In this document: positions 11,649-25,759 of the stretch, piece after piece | Position numbering within the stretch: the stretch's first letter is position 1 | How the letters are laid out: each line of letters starts with the position of its first letter | DNA from: Lama guanicoe | Lineage: Eukaryota | Direction: 5' to 3' | NCBI GenBank assembly: GCA_013239625.1 | Contig: MU056000.1 | Location: forward strand, 15,280,851-15,344,850 | Length of the DNA: 64,000 bases | Program-made: the position numbers and the translations under genes | The notes under the pieces: model-generated | What the model was told of the DNA's origin: nothing | What the model saw: the letters and a program-made list of their open reading frames with translations, nothing else | The model's database searches: none

Positions 11649-14537
11649 TTTCAGGCTCTTAGTTCCTATCCTTAGGCCAGCAAGTAATAATTAATGACAC
11701 AGTAGTAATTACTGGATTTTTCCATTGCATAGACTGCTTGAGCAGACAGAATTTAAAAATGAGGTTATAAGAATGCCCAGAAAATTATAGTAATCATATT
11801 CTGTTTATAAACTCTTATGCTGAGAACAGGCAAAAAAAATATTACCATCATAATATTTTGTGGAATAGAAGATAAAACAAAGATAATTTTTCTATCACCA
11901 ATAAGTACATGTGCAGTTTCTTCATTTTAGAGTAAATATGTCAGGTAGGAATTCTAAGAAAATTTATTTTCCACTTTATTTATTCTCAGAATAAACTATT
12001 TCTTACCTATTGTGCTTAAAAATAAAACTAAACTTGAAATTCAATTTAGAAAGATTTTCACATCACATATAAATTGACCAAGGAAACAGATCTTTAAAAA
12101 TTAAATTTAATTGCCTGGAAATGCATGAGATTTGAAAGAGCAATTAATTTGACACTGAAATGACTCTTCAAAATTTCATATCCTTTAAGAACTTAATACA
12201 ATTCATATCATTAAGACTTAATCTACTGAAACGCCAGTGGATAGAGATGAAGCTTTTAGATAATAAGCAATATCAGAACATTGGAGTCCTCAGCTGCTGC
12301 AAACTCCTGATTAAGCTCCAGTAGAATGTGGAAAGGGAAGTCGATATTTCTGAGGTGATTCCTGGGAAACATATGATCTTTCCCAGAGCTGAATTTCCTC
12401 AATATCAGATACCTTTTACTAAATGGGTTGTGATGCGTTGTCCTCATCAGATAGTGAAAGAGCAAAAGCAATTTTATGGATCACTTTACAGCAGGCACGT
12501 CAGTGTTCTGCATTATTTATTTCTTTCTTCAGATAGTTCTACCACGAAGATGATGTTCTCGTAAAAAGATGTTTCGTGACATCACAGAATCCTCACCAGC
12601 CCTGTGTGCTTCAGAATCAGACTGTTGCCTATATCTCACCGACTTTAAGTGTGAGCAGGGATAATAGATAAGATTCTAAATGAGAGGAAATTTTGGAAAG
12701 GATTAAGAGATGCTTAAAGGTCATATAGGAGCAGAAGTAAAGTTAGAATTCAGAGTTTCTGATAGAATTTGAGCAAATTTTCATAAAACTAAAATGACTT
12801 CAATTTGCCACTCCTCATGAGAGTGAGAAGCCAAAACAAAACAGCGCATCAACATGATAAATTATACATTTTTAAAGAGGAGAACATGTACTTAGGTGTG
12901 AAAGATAAGGTGGTTTACTGAGACCATAAGACCATTTGACAGCACAGCTGGGAAAGGACTCTTTTCTAAGTCTAGTTGGCAATCGTTATTTCTGTCACTG
13001 ACTTAAAAGTCTTTGATAGAGTATTTACTTTGCTTCAGTCCTTCTATTTATTCTCAGTCCATGGATATTTGGACTTAGCTCCTGCCTTCCTTTTTTTTTC
13101 CCCAACAAGTACATTTCCATTTTCATTATTGGAGGTACAGTACAGTTATTGAGCCATTATACAATGATTTTCATGTATCTATATTGATACAATTTTCTTC
13201 AATTTCCAGAAAGTTCACATTCAAGCATAGATTTTTTTTTCTTGTGTGTATCAGAAATACAATATCTTTAAATTTGTCGTACTTGCATGATTTATTTTTA
13301 AAACCAAGAATCTATCTTTAGATTAAAATATCCTTTAAATATTATACTTCTATTAATTCTGCTAATAATTATTATAGGTTAGTAGAGTTTGAGTGTTTTT
13401 TTTTTTAATTACCTAGTTCTAGGAGTTACTCATTCATAAACAGTGCTTTTCTGGACACTGAGGCACTGAAGATGGGAGCTCACTCTTTGTTTATAGGGTA
13501 AAGCAAATCTAGGTTACATAGAAGGTAACAGGAGAAAAATGCTCTCCTCGTGGTACTTACAGGTTTGCAAAGAAGACAAACAAGAAAGCAAAAAGTGACA
13601 TTTCAAATATTGGTAAGTGTTATTTTGTGTAAGGTGTTACACAATGATTTTCTTCTATCAGTTTAGAAACTTTATTTTTCTGTCTTTGCTTTCAATTCAT
13701 AAAATACTATAATGGCCACATATTCTTCCCTATACTCAACATACGAGCATAAGAATCAAATACCCTTTCACTTTTGCCTTCAGGAACTAGATTTCTGTCT
13801 GACTTTAATACCAATCACTGTTTCTGAGTCTATTTGCACTTCTTTCTAAAGTAGCATTGCCTTTATTTCCAGTGGAAGGAGAAAACTCACCCTCCCTTTT
13901 AAGCACTCACTCCATTGTTCCCACATCCTTCTTTCAACAAGGAGTTTAAGCACCAGAGATACCAGCTCTCTCCTATGCTAAGACAGAGCTTCTGGGATTA
14001 AAAAACTGACTCATTCAAAGTACGTCAAGCTGCTAAATGATCAAGTACTACTAATCGTAATAATTCTAGGGGATTTTTTAAAAATAAGACGGTCCAATTG
14101 AAAATAGGGTGTATTGTACAGGAAAAATATTTTGTTGTTGTTGAGATGGTTTTTCAAGGAGAGGTTAAAATACTTTCCTCACATTCACAGATAAGTAGAC
14201 CAGTGCCAGGGACCACAGAGTGGGCATCACTGATCATCTTTATATCCCCCGTCAAAGTCATCAGAGTCTTGGCTGAGAAGGCACTCCATTTCCATCAGGC
14301 CGAAATCTAAAGAACTTAAGGGTGAAGAATGCTGAGAATTAAAACTTTTCAAAGAATTTCAAAAGAATAAAAATAATGACAAAGACTGGAGGGTGAAACA
14401 GAATGCTGAAGGAAGTGGCCAGACACACTGAAGAAAGAGAAAACAGAAGAGAGAAAGGTCATCTTAAGCTTGGAAACTGGTGGAAGTTATCAGGAGAGAC
14501 TGTATCGCTAACAGCAGCCTTAAAGAAATAGCTTGAA

Positions 14538-14741
14538 CTGCACCATCTACTAAGGACACTAGACACATGTGACTATTTTAACTTATATTTACATTAGCTA
14601 ATTAAAAAAATTAAAATCTCAGTCTCAGAGATATTTGTCCACACTCCACCAGCTCAGTAGCCACGTGTAGCTCATGACCACCATGTTGGATTGGGCAGAT
14701 ATAAACGAGTTCTTTCACTGCAGAAAGTTCAGTCAGTCCTG
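14538..14741 (-). mobile_element. MER3 (hAT-Charlie) DNA transposon
   Basis: 'cactagacacatgtgactattt...ctcagtagccacgtgtagct...ccaccatgttgga..gcagatata...cactgcagaaagttc' is the reverse of MER3. Confidence 0.75.
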
Positions 14742-15304
14742 GGCTAGTCTAATAAGAGAAAAGGGGGAGAAGAAGGAGTCTAGAGTTTATGAAACAACAT
14801 TTTTTTTTGCAGAGAATTAAAAACAGGTTTTATTAATAGAGCATAAATTAGAAGGTCACGAGTAAAGGGAGATGTAATTAGATTTTTAGCCAAAGGCAAG
14901 ATTATGGTATTTGTGTCATTCTAAGTAACCAAATTTATACTCTGGACCAGGGCATATTTCTACAATGTTCCTTTAAGCACGAATCCCTAAGATAGTAAAA
15001 AATGGGAAGAAGGAGTTTTGTGGACAAAATAATCATGAGAAAGAAATTGTTCCAAATTTACCTTTTTACTGACTGAACATTCACATGACCTAAAATGTGA
15101 CCCCAAATCAAAACCTAAAAACGTATCACATATATTAATTCTGAAACCCAAAGAAAAATGAAACATTTCCCTGGATCGACATTTATCCCCCTTTTACTCA
15201 ACTGGTAGTACACCCTAGTTCAGTATAAAAAGTACAGTTGTAAGTGACTAGTTCCTAGAGCTCTAAGCAGAAGGATGTATTGGTCAGTTTCTACTCAAGA
15301 CTTG

Positions 15305-15590
15305 GCAGTGGTGTGAAGGGTGGATTTGAGAAGACCATGTAGAAACAGTTTATAAAAATGCTTTATTAATCCATGCAGATACGACAAAATACTTAATTAG
15401 AACAGAAATATTATGGAGGAAGCAAAAGGGCAGAAGTGTAAGAAATTGTTAGAAAATATAACTGTGGATTATGACTTAGAGGATAGACACATAAGGAAAA
15501 GGGAAGAGTCTAACATGACTTTCTGCCTTGGGTGATATCCATGCAATTCCTTAAAGTAGAGCATTATAAAGGAATGATCAAGTATTATGG
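15305..15590 (-). mobile_element. L2 fragment
   Basis: Purine-rich, with 'taatccatgcaga' and 'gggaagagtctaacatgactttctgccttgggtga' typical of antisense L2. Confidence 0.45.
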
Positions 15591-17315
15591 GAAAATATAG
15601 CCACGTATTTAAAAAATATTTTTAAAACAGTCATATATATCCGGGTAGAGCTAGGTAGTTGCACCCACTTCCTATCCTTCTTTACCTGCCAGACCAGCTA
15701 AATTTTTATTCACTCCATTATTATTATTATTTATATTATTATTACTACTATATTACCATAACTCATGACATTAATATACATGTCAAATAAGAATTAAAGT
15801 TTGGAGCAATAGGAGAGCTTTGCGTAAAGCAGTGCAAAATTTTTTAAATCATATGTTTGAGTTTCCTTTGTTTTTCTGCTACTAACAGTCTCTTACTTGT
15901 TCTTTAAGTTCAGCTGCATCCCCTGATACACTGCTGTACTTTGTGCCCCCAAGTTCCTGTCAATTGATTACACAGAATAGTTTAGCTTTCTCTTTGGTTC
16001 TGTCTGCTTTGAACTATGGCCTCAGGTCTTCATGTTTTATTTCCCAAACATTTTTTTTTTAAATTACAGATCATCTCTTGCCAATTACTGAAAAAAAAAT
16101 GCATCCTTTTATGGCTTTTTTTCTCATAACAATAACTTTAGAGTTTCTGATGTGTTCTCCATAGATATTATTGTTGGTCCTTTGTCCTTTTTTGAATCTA
16201 CCCAATTTCTTAAATATTAAACCTGTTTAGATTTATCAGAGATGTGTCAAGGTCAGTTGTGACATGTCATTTATCATGCAGACAAAACAGCCAGTCCCTC
16301 ACTGTAAGTGGACTCTTGGTGACAGAGGTACTAGAACTTCTAGAACTAATCAGCTGGCATCACCTTGTTTGGTCCTATAACCCAGAGATTTAATAGCTAT
16401 AATTAAGTTTGCTTCCTTATGAAAACAGATTTACGTATATTTATTTTGCCCCTTATGATCCAACTGTTTATACTTCATCAAGCCTGATTGTGTTTGGATA
16501 TAATCAGAATGTCCTCAGCTGATGAACTTTTTTTCCTAAATTACTAATTATATATACTCACTCAACTCCTGGCAACCAATGGATATTAGACAACTTGATT
16601 TATTTGTAGCTCTGATCTGCCTGTTTATGTCTGCTGGTATTTTAAGTCATTTGTTTCCCTAAAGAGGTTTTAAATTTTCCTTTTAACATCAGTTTACTGA
16701 ATGTGAATTATTTTCTTGCTTCTTTTATTTGCACATGCTATTCAGGTGGTGATTGAATGTGTACAAATATATTTTATAAGGTATAGATTACTTTATGTTC
16801 ATAAAGTAGTAAATTATAATTCATATAATGATATACCTATTATTTTGTCACACTTTCTCATCTTAAACTATTTTGTTGCATTTTCCCTGTCTATTAAGTG
16901 TTCAGATGCAAGAAATATATTGAGACAATTTAGCTTTTCTATCCCATTTATAATTCCTATTTATCTAAGAGGCTTACTCTGAAGATCGAGAGATACACTA
17001 CTTACAAGAACACTGATAAAGCATACATACTGTGTACACATGTATGTGTAAATGAGTTAGTGTGTGTGTGGTGTGTGTGCAAAGGCTATAATAAGCAGAA
17101 GACATAAAAAATGTTTGCAGATTCAATTTAGCATATTGGGAACATTAAAATCAATCATAATGTATATTATAGATTCATTCCTATCAGAGTAATTCCACAA
17201 GACTGAAGAATTATCCTTTCTAACTGAAATTTGTAAAATATCAACTCCATTTAACATGTTTCATAGTCTGGAAGAGATACCTATTTTATTCCCATAATGC
17301 ATTTGAAATGCTTAA

Positions 17316-17880
17316 TTTTTTATTTTTATGCAATTTTTATAGTTATTACAAAATATTATTTATATTCCCCATGTTGTACAATACATCCTTGTAGCCTATT
17401 TTGCACCCCATAGTTTGTACCTCCCACTCCCCTCACCCATCCTGGTAACCACTCATTTGTCTTCTATATCTGTGAGTCTGCTTCTTTTTGTTATATTCAC
17501 TAGTTTGTTGTATTTTTTCAATTCCACATATAAGTGATATCATGATATTGTACAGTATTTGTCTTTCTCTAGCTGACTGATTTCACTTAGCATAATGCCC
17601 TCCAAGTTCATCCATGTTGCTACAAATGGCAAAATTTCATTCTTTTTTATGGCTGAGTAGTATTCCATTGTATATAGATACCACATCTTTATCCATTCAT
17701 CTGTTGATGGACATTTAGGTTTTTTCCATTATCTTGGCAATTGTAAACAATGCTACTATGAACATTGGGGTGTTCTTTTCAAATTAGTGTTTTTGTTTTT
17801 CTCAGATACATACCTAGGAGTGGAATTGCTGGGTCATATGGTAGTTCTAATTTTAGTTTTTTGAGAAACCTCCAAACTGT
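17316..17880 (-). mobile_element. LINE-1 3' end (artiodactyl/laurasiatherian-type 3'UTR), 5'-truncated
   Basis: 'ctggtaaccact..tttgtcttctatatctgtgagtctg', 'attccacatataagtgatatcat', 'ttcacttagcataatgccctccaagttcatccatgttg', 'ggagtggaattgctgggtcatatggtagttct'. T-rich tail at the left end. Confidence 0.92.
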
Positions 17881-18558
17881 CCTCTACCTCTGAGTATATG
17901 TCCAAAGGAAATTAAATCATGACCTTAAAGACCTATTTGCACTCCCATGTTCATTGCAGCATTGTTTACAAGAGCCAACATATTAGAGCAACCTAAGTGC
18001 TCATTAATAGATGAATGGGTAAAGAAGAGGTGATATATTTGTATACAACGGAGAATGATACAGACATGAGAAAGAAGGAAATGCTACCATTTGTGACAAT
18101 ATGAGTGAAACTTGAGGGCATTTTGCTAAGTGAAATAAATGACAGAAATAGATGAATACTGTATATCTCACTTACATATGGAATCTAAAAAGCTGAACTC
18201 ATAGAAACAGAGAGTAGAATGGTGGTTACCAGGGGCTGTAGGGTATAGGAAATGAGATATTTGTCAAAGGGTACAAACTTCGTTATAAAATGGATAAGCT
18301 TTGAAGATCCAATACACAGCAATTGTGACTGTAATTAATAATACTATAATGTATACTTGAAAGTTGCTAAGAGAACAGATCTTAAGTGCTCTCCTCATTT
18401 AAAAAACAAACGGCAATTATGTGACAAAAAGAGATGTTAGCTAACATCAGGATGGTAATCATTTTGTAACACACAAGTGTGTCAAGTCAACATGTCCTAT
18501 ACCTTAAACTTATGAGTGTCATCATGAATTGTATTTCAATAAAGCTGGAGAAAACAAA
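17881..18558 (+). mobile_element. L1MA9-like 3' end, 5'-truncated
   Basis: 'gcactcccatgttcattgcagcatt', 'gaactcatagaaacagagagtagaatggtggttaccaggggctg', 'ttgaaagttgctaagaga..agatcttaa'. AATAAA at 18538-18543 is followed by an A-rich tail. Confidence 0.92.
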
Positions 18559-19384
18559 GAATATATACCACTTAAAGTGATGGAAAACTGGCATTAATAA
18601 TAATAATTCCAACAACAACAATAATAGGTGTAGAAAGTACACTAAGAGAGATACGTATTTAAGAAACTCCAAGAAGGGAGACAGGCATTTAGACTGGACT
18701 TTTAAAAACAGACAACTATAGACAACAATAATATGAACAAAAAAATGGAAAAGTTCTATAAAAATAGAAACGAGTTAAGTTGCACTAGATTCTAGGATAA
18801 ATAATGATGCAAAGTGTGGTAGTTTAAGTCACAGTCAGATGGAGCAAAGCCTGTTACAGGTAGACTGCATATCATCCTTAGGCAATCGGGGTTGAATACA
18901 ATTTGAACTGATACAATGAAATGGAGACATTTCTTACAGTAGCACGAAAAATCATACAAGGACGTTGTAAAAGAATACAAAAGAGTGAGGATCTGATCTA
19001 AGGGAGTGGCAGTAGCTGGTCTGGCAAGCAAACAGCCCAGCAGCCAGGAAGTCATTTTAACTTCGACAAACACATCCAGGAGCCAGTAAGTAGAGCCTCA
19101 TTCATGAAGGATGTGCAGAAACACCACAACCGAGGATGTGCAACTCTGGGCGTCTAGATAGTAAGAACAGAAGACAAACAATTTAATGGTGAATTATAAC
19201 AAACAAAAAGAAAATACTTTTTCTTGCCTCTGTTTTAGGTTACCCATCTATATGCTCCCATAATAACATGTGCATTTCTTATTACTGAACTGATTTTTCA
19301 TTATTGCAACACTTGTTTACCTCTTGTGGCAAATTGGAGACATATATACATAGAGAGATATATAACTCTGTCTGTCTGTCTATC

Positions 19385-19455
19385 TAACTGTCCCAAATAT
19401 GTCCAGATCCTAATCCCTGGAAACTGTGAATGTTACCTTATATGTGGAAAAGAAA
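19385..19455 (+). mobile_element. MLT1C/D LTR 5' fragment
   Basis: 'cccaaatatgtccagatcctaatccctggaaactgtgaatgttaccttatatg' matches the MLT1D start. Confidence 0.7.
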
Positions 19456-21979
19456 AGAAAAACAAAAAACAAAAGCCAAAACCACCTGAAACGCTTAAAA
19501 TATAAAATCATATCTTTTTATTATTATTTAGCACAGTCTTTGAGATATATTCAACTGAGAAAGGCTTCTTTCTCTGTATCTCCTGTTAATGATTATCTGG
19601 CAGAATCAATTTCCTGCTGGAATACCCAAGAAAATGTTTAACAAAATTTTGTCGAGTGTAAGTTTCAATCTAAAATATTACGATTGAACTCACTGAATTA
19701 GGTTAATCAAAGACAGACTGCTTTGTTTTAATTATTTTTCTATTTTAGTTTTTCATAGATGTTCGAAAAAGATGAGGAACATATTGTTAATTCTCTACCT
19801 GCTGATGCTCAGCAGCATCCCAGGAGAGTGAATCTAGAATGAGCTGCTTTCAGGGACACCTCAGCTCAAAGAGGTTAGTCCCATGGTAACCTGGACTGTA
19901 AAGATATTAAGAAATGAATAAGGGTCCTCGTAGGACCACTGGCTAAATGTTTAATTTCAAGTAGAAAAAAATTGGAATTCAATAGCAATTGTATAAATAT
20001 GTAGATTGATAAATAAGTTGGGAAGTCCTAAAATTTTTTTTTAAGACTGGCAGTATTTCAGCAGATTATAGCATTGAAGGGCTACAAAACCTCTGCTAAG
20101 CTGACAGAATAATACACACATGAAAATCATTCCAGACATGGTCAATCTAGCAAAGTCAATGATAGCCATGTACAATTTTGGACGATTAATTCATAATATT
20201 TAAGGCAAATTACACAAGGATGAATGTGCCCCTAAACAACGAGATTGTTCCAGGGAGGTTATTAAATAGACCAGAAAAGATTCCCCTGATATCACCTGCA
20301 GAGACGGGATATGGAGATGAATTGGCCACTGGTCATTTCTGGTTCCTCTTTACAACATTCAGATGAGGCCTCAGACGTGAGGCAGAATAGAATCCATGCA
20401 CAGCAAGGCTGTTGTGTATGCATAATGCGATTTAGAAAACTTTCTTCAAGTAACAGTGAAAGGGCTCAGCACCAGGATAATTACAAACAGGATCATCTAA
20501 AGAATTTACAAGGACAGGCAACCTACAACCGAAAATGAATGGACCCATCAATAACACAAAGAGCCCCATGTGAGAGAAAGATGTACAGATTACAAGGAAG
20601 AACGGACTATTTTAACAGCACATGGAAGCATATCCAGGAATATTTTACATTTTTTTTCTGAAAGAACATTTAATGTGCACAGAAAATAGGGCAATTTTCA
20701 TGACAAAGTCCTAAATACAGGGAACATTTAAATGCCATCAAATTATGCTTCCTCTAAGACTAAAGTTTAAAATGCCCTTCTAATTTTTTCACTAATAAAA
20801 TGTATGTGATCTGCTTCTTTTCTTTCATTGATTCTTAATATAAAGGCAATCCTTTTAATGTATTATCAGAAATTACAGTGATTGTATTACAGAGAAAGAA
20901 ATATTTTGTTTATTCAGTTACAATATACAGTTGCCAATCTTGCTCAATATTAAAGTGAATGACACAAATGCTAAAGGCTGAGAAATTATCTTCGATTCCA
21001 CTTTTGTTTTCTAATGTATGAATCAAATTAAGAAATAATCTGTATCAAATTTAGGAACAACTACTTAAGTTTCTTCTCTATTTTCTGTTTGAAGTGTTTG
21101 CTTTTCATATGCATTGATCTTGATGAATGTTCATTAATTAATAAGTAAAGATACTTTCAGTAAACTTGTATATTTTTCATGACTTTTAGTCATCTTTATG
21201 TTCCACGAAAAGTATTCTTATGATGTCTTTTATGTAGGGTTAGATCACCAGTGTGAATTCATGCAGTCCAGGTTGCGTGCACAAGTGATAAAACAAACCA
21301 GAAAAAGTTCACATGAAATGAACTAGTTTTCTAGATTTCTTGTAGTTTATTTCCTTATAGCTTATAACTTGTAGCCTTGCTGACAAACCTGGAGATGCAT
21401 GTGTCTTTATCGGGGGCAAGGGTTGTAATATTTCCTAACATGGCAATTACTATAGATCATGTGATAAACCCTTAGGGCTTTTGAGGAAAAAGTGAAGGGA
21501 AAAAATGCAGAGAAGAAGAAAAAAAGCTCCAAGAATTATACAAAGGAAAATAAATATATCAAAAGAGGCAACGAAGTGTTCCCATGATGTCCTGTGCACG
21601 TAGAAAAAGATTTTACAATGTGCTGAGAATGTATGTCTAATAAGACTGCTTATTGACTTCTGCCACTTAGGAATGGGCATTTATGCTATAAAAAAGAGGA
21701 ATTGATTTTCTCCACAACAATATAAAAATTCAGTGTATCCTATGAATTGTTTCCTCACATTTAGAACGATCTCCTCCATATATTTACATTTTTTAAGCCT
21801 CCTTATCACCTGCTGAAATTCCATTTCTGAGTCTACATCTGGATTTCCATACCCACACTGGTAATCCGCATCTCGAGAAGAATGGATAATAACTGTTTTC
21901 TTAGAATTTGCCCTTCCTCCTCCATTTCCTATTTTAAGAAACAAGATGAAGACAGTTCAGCTACTCTTTTTTGCTGTAT

Positions 21980-22232
21980 CCAGCGAGTCACTACATTATC
22001 TCTAAATTATTTCTCAAGTTTACCTCCTCCTTTCCATTGAAAGAATCATCATCTTACTTCCCACCTCAATCCCTGATGTCGCAATGAATGGCTCTCCCCA
22101 CCTCCAGGATTATCCTGGTTCAGTAACACTTTCCAACGTAGTGACAACAATTTTCAAACTGGCAGTTATAACTAGGTCACTCCCCTGCACAGTATCCTTC
22201 GATGACTTTCAACCACCTTCAAAATAAAGCTT
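21980..22232 (+). mobile_element. L2 fragment
   Basis: 'gtcactcccctgcacagtatccttcgatgactt...ccttcaaaataaagc' is an L2 3'-region motif. Confidence 0.55.
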
Positions 22233-23869
22233 GTGTAAGAGGAAGCTGTGAAATCAAAGTAATTTTGTTCCAGGTGAGTTCTACCTCCTTCCTGATGTAA
22301 GACTTCTTTAGCCATAAAGTGAAAGGAACGCTGTGCTTTACCAAGAGGGTAGAATCTGGCTGAGAATGAGGAGGCCACTGCTTTGCTCTGAGTATCAAGG
22401 GAGTGTTAGGCTCGTGTACTAAAAGTCCAGGTGAGAGAACAAGCTAAAAGCAAATGCTCTTTACGTTCCAGTTTTCCTTGGAGAGGAGAGGAAGGCGCTC
22501 TCAGAATTCCCAATGTGGAATTTTCATATGTTAGGATCCAAGCCTGGTTGTCTCAGATCAGAGAATTTTGTTGGTGGTGTTTGTTTTGTTGGGGTTTTTT
22601 CATTGCTGTTTTGGTCTGTTAGGCAATTGGAAAATTATAGAGCAACACAAGAGAGTTATACTGAAAGAGGAGCGATGAATGGGTATCATTTTGTTGTTGT
22701 TGCTAAAAGATGGTGGGAGAAGTAGAAAAAAATAAAAGGCAAAAATGTAGATGTGAATCCTGTCTTTATTCCTGGATCTAGACGAGGGTTAGGTTGAAAG
22801 ACAGTTCGTTTTAAGTCTAGGAGGTCGATGTCTCTTTCCCATCCTCGCGATGCTGAAAGACTGTGTCTCAGAGAATCCTGCAGTTGCCCTAATGTTAAGT
22901 CAAATGTGACGCCTGAAGATAAGAAGGTTGATGCTGAGGAAATTACTTACAAAGATGGTCCTGAAGTAGTTCCCTTGCTTCTCCTCAGACAACACACAAT
23001 GTTCAAATGATCAAAACTTTCCCAAGTGCCCCCGTGAGGCAAAAGTAGTAGAACTGAGGATGCTGAATGGAAGGGGAGGGGTGCGTTGATGCCACGTGGA
23101 CAGACAGGGGCCACCACTGGGCTGTGGAAGCAGAGTGGCACTCACAACAGTCGCGGTGAGTCACCACGAGAAAACCATGAGGTTTTAGGAGGAGCAAACA
23201 GGCTTCCTGTGTTATGAGAGTCAAACACTTCTCTGTGATCACCTAGAGGGGACAGTGTGAAACACAGCATGGCCCTTCCCCAGTGACTTGAGGAAACCAG
23301 AGACCCAGTGCCATTTTGGGAAGGTGGATCAGAAAAGGACTCTTGAGAAGTAAGAAACCATAAAATATCAAATAATTTATAACCTAGATTCTTTTAAACT
23401 AAGTATTTCTAAGAAAATTTTCATTGTTGAGAGCAAATGTATTCACTATCATTGAGAAACGGTAACTATTATAGGAAATAGCACACTTCTGTGTACGTCT
23501 GACATACACTATAAATACGCCGACCCCATCAAATCAATTACAAGTCATTTCAATCATTACAGTAATCTTAACTGATGCCTTGTGCCAGATGGGTGATGAA
23601 ACAGTGAGTAAATCGGCACTGATCTTCCACCCTGGCTTTACAGAAAGTCAGAGGAGACATAAAAATAAACAGTTAAATAGAATAAAGGAGTGAAAATTCT
23701 GCCTGAGAGCCCAAAGTGGGAGCACCTAGCCAGATCAAAAAAAGGTACAGAGTAGACCTAATTCCTGGTTATTTTCCTGCATGCGTTCAATGCTCCAGTG
23801 ATACCGAATTTAACAGGTCCTGATATTACTAGGGTCTCAAACTTTCACGCACTTGCAAACGTCACTGTC

Positions 23870-24329
23870 TGTATTAGTTTCCTATTACTGTTGGAACATT
23901 ACCACTAATTTTGTAGCTTAAAACAGCACAAACTATTTCTCTGTAATGCTGGAGGTCACAGTCCTAGCATCAAGGCTGGGCTCCCGCTGGCGGGTCTAGG
24001 AGGGAGTCTGTTTCCTTGCCTTTTCCAGCTTCCAGAGGCCGCCTGCATTCTTTGTCTGGTGACCCTGCCTCCTGTCCTCTAACCTCTGCTGTGTCATCTC
24101 ATATCTTTCTTTCTGACTTGATCATCTTGCTTCCCTCTTCCTTCTTCCCTCATGACTACGTGGGGTCTATGTCCATAATCAGGGTAACCCTCCCGTCTCC
24201 TGACCCTACCTCAATCACATCTGTAAAGACCTTTCTAGCATTTAAGGAAACCATTGTAACTGGTTTCAGGGGTGGCCATTGTCTTTTGCAGGATTGGGTC
24301 AAGGGGAACTATTCATTCAGCCTACCACA
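23870..24329 (-). mobile_element. MLT1D-like solo LTR (ERVL-MaLR), full length
   Basis: TG...CA termini 'tgtattagtttcctatt' and 'attcagcctaccaca'. Internal 'gtttccttgccttttccagcttccagaggccgcctgcattc' and 'aatcacatctgtaaag'. Confidence 0.9.
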
Positions 24330-25759
24330 CTCAAAAATAATTTACAATCAGATGTTTTTGATTACAAAAAAATCCTGGATGATAGCAAGTTAAAAAAAAT
24401 ACAGGAGGCATATAAGGAATGAGTAAAGGAAAAAGAATGGGAAGGAAAGAAAGATAGGAGGAGGAAAAAAAGAAGAAAGGGAAAAAGTAAATCAGGCTCA
24501 GATTATAATAGTAAAAAGAAAGGTCGTGTTTATTGATGAAGGGTTAAAAACTCAGACTGCAGGATAGCTCATGTTATACCTATTTTGAAAGGAAGATTTC
24601 AAATGACCACTCGAACGTGTATGCATTTACACGTGCAAGCATGTTAACAATATGTTTGAATGTTAGTAAAGGAATTTTAGATCCTCTTATCCAGTTGCTG
24701 AGTGCTATGAAATGGTTTTAAAACCATTCAAAGTAGTCACACGTTGTCTTTAACTATACGTCTAAAGCATACTTTTGTAGCAAAAAAGGAAAATGATACT
24801 GTTACCAGCTGTATCTCAGAAAATGAGAAGTGTAGGTTGTTCATCAGAATATTCTTAGCTCTTTAATATTAGCCCTCAATTTGTCCTACTAATTCAGAAT
24901 TACTGACCCTCAGGGCATGGTGACAGTGCTTTTATTTTAACATTTTATAAAGCGTGGTCTGATAAGTAAAACCCATCGGATAACATAAAAGAAGTTCTTT
25001 GTTAAACCTGGATATAATGTCTGCTTAGAGGACGTTACCCCAAGCATGAATCTTGTTACATAAAAAGCCATTTAGACCTGTTTATTTCAACTCAAAATGC
25101 ATAGACGGTCTCTAGCACTAAGTAGGAAAGTAATAGATTCTGATCACATATGATATTTGTTCATTACATCATTCCTTTTAAAAATTCATGCCACGTAACT
25201 ACTCCATGAGAGGTTATATGTATACAATTTTCTCCTAAAACACAGTTTTTATTGAAGAAGTCATCTACTATTGAGCTTAGAGATGCCTCTGATACATCTT
25301 TCTTTTAGTGCCTCATAGAAAAAGCAGCCCTTCATTTTGTTTGATTATTGAAGGAGAATCCAGCAAATACCTTAGGCTGATTCATCTTAGAAATATCTGT
25401 ACTCTCATCTGCTGTGTAGCAAACCTGCCACACAGTCTAACTTGTTCTAATGCTCTTCCCTTTAAAGTTGCAGCAATATTTTCAATTATTTTTAAAGCAG
25501 TCTTCGCTGAGAAAGAATTGCATTTTACTCTATTGCCATATAGTTTCCTAGAGATTTCTGCTTTTCACTGCGGAAGAAAGATCAAGTGCTTCCTTGATGA
25601 TACATGATTTTTTTTTTTTTGCATTGCCAGTAAGATAAGTTGGCTGTAAAGACTTTCAGGGTCATTCTTTAACCCTTTCCAAAGCATTGTGAAAATTTTT
25701 TGTATTTCTTGTAAATTTTTTAACGTACAATTAATTAGCTACATCAGTGTCATCCTTTC

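Noticed and set aside
21681..21944. Protein-looking 87-aa minus-strand ORF
   Set aside because: It has a non-ATG start, no recognisable family and no convincing splice boundaries.
24016..24393. 125-aa ORF
   Set aside because: It lies almost entirely inside the MLT1D LTR.
24615..24634. 7-8-bp-stem hairpins (here, ~38804-38826 and 41318-41336)
   Set aside because: Many stems of this length are expected by chance in 64 kb.
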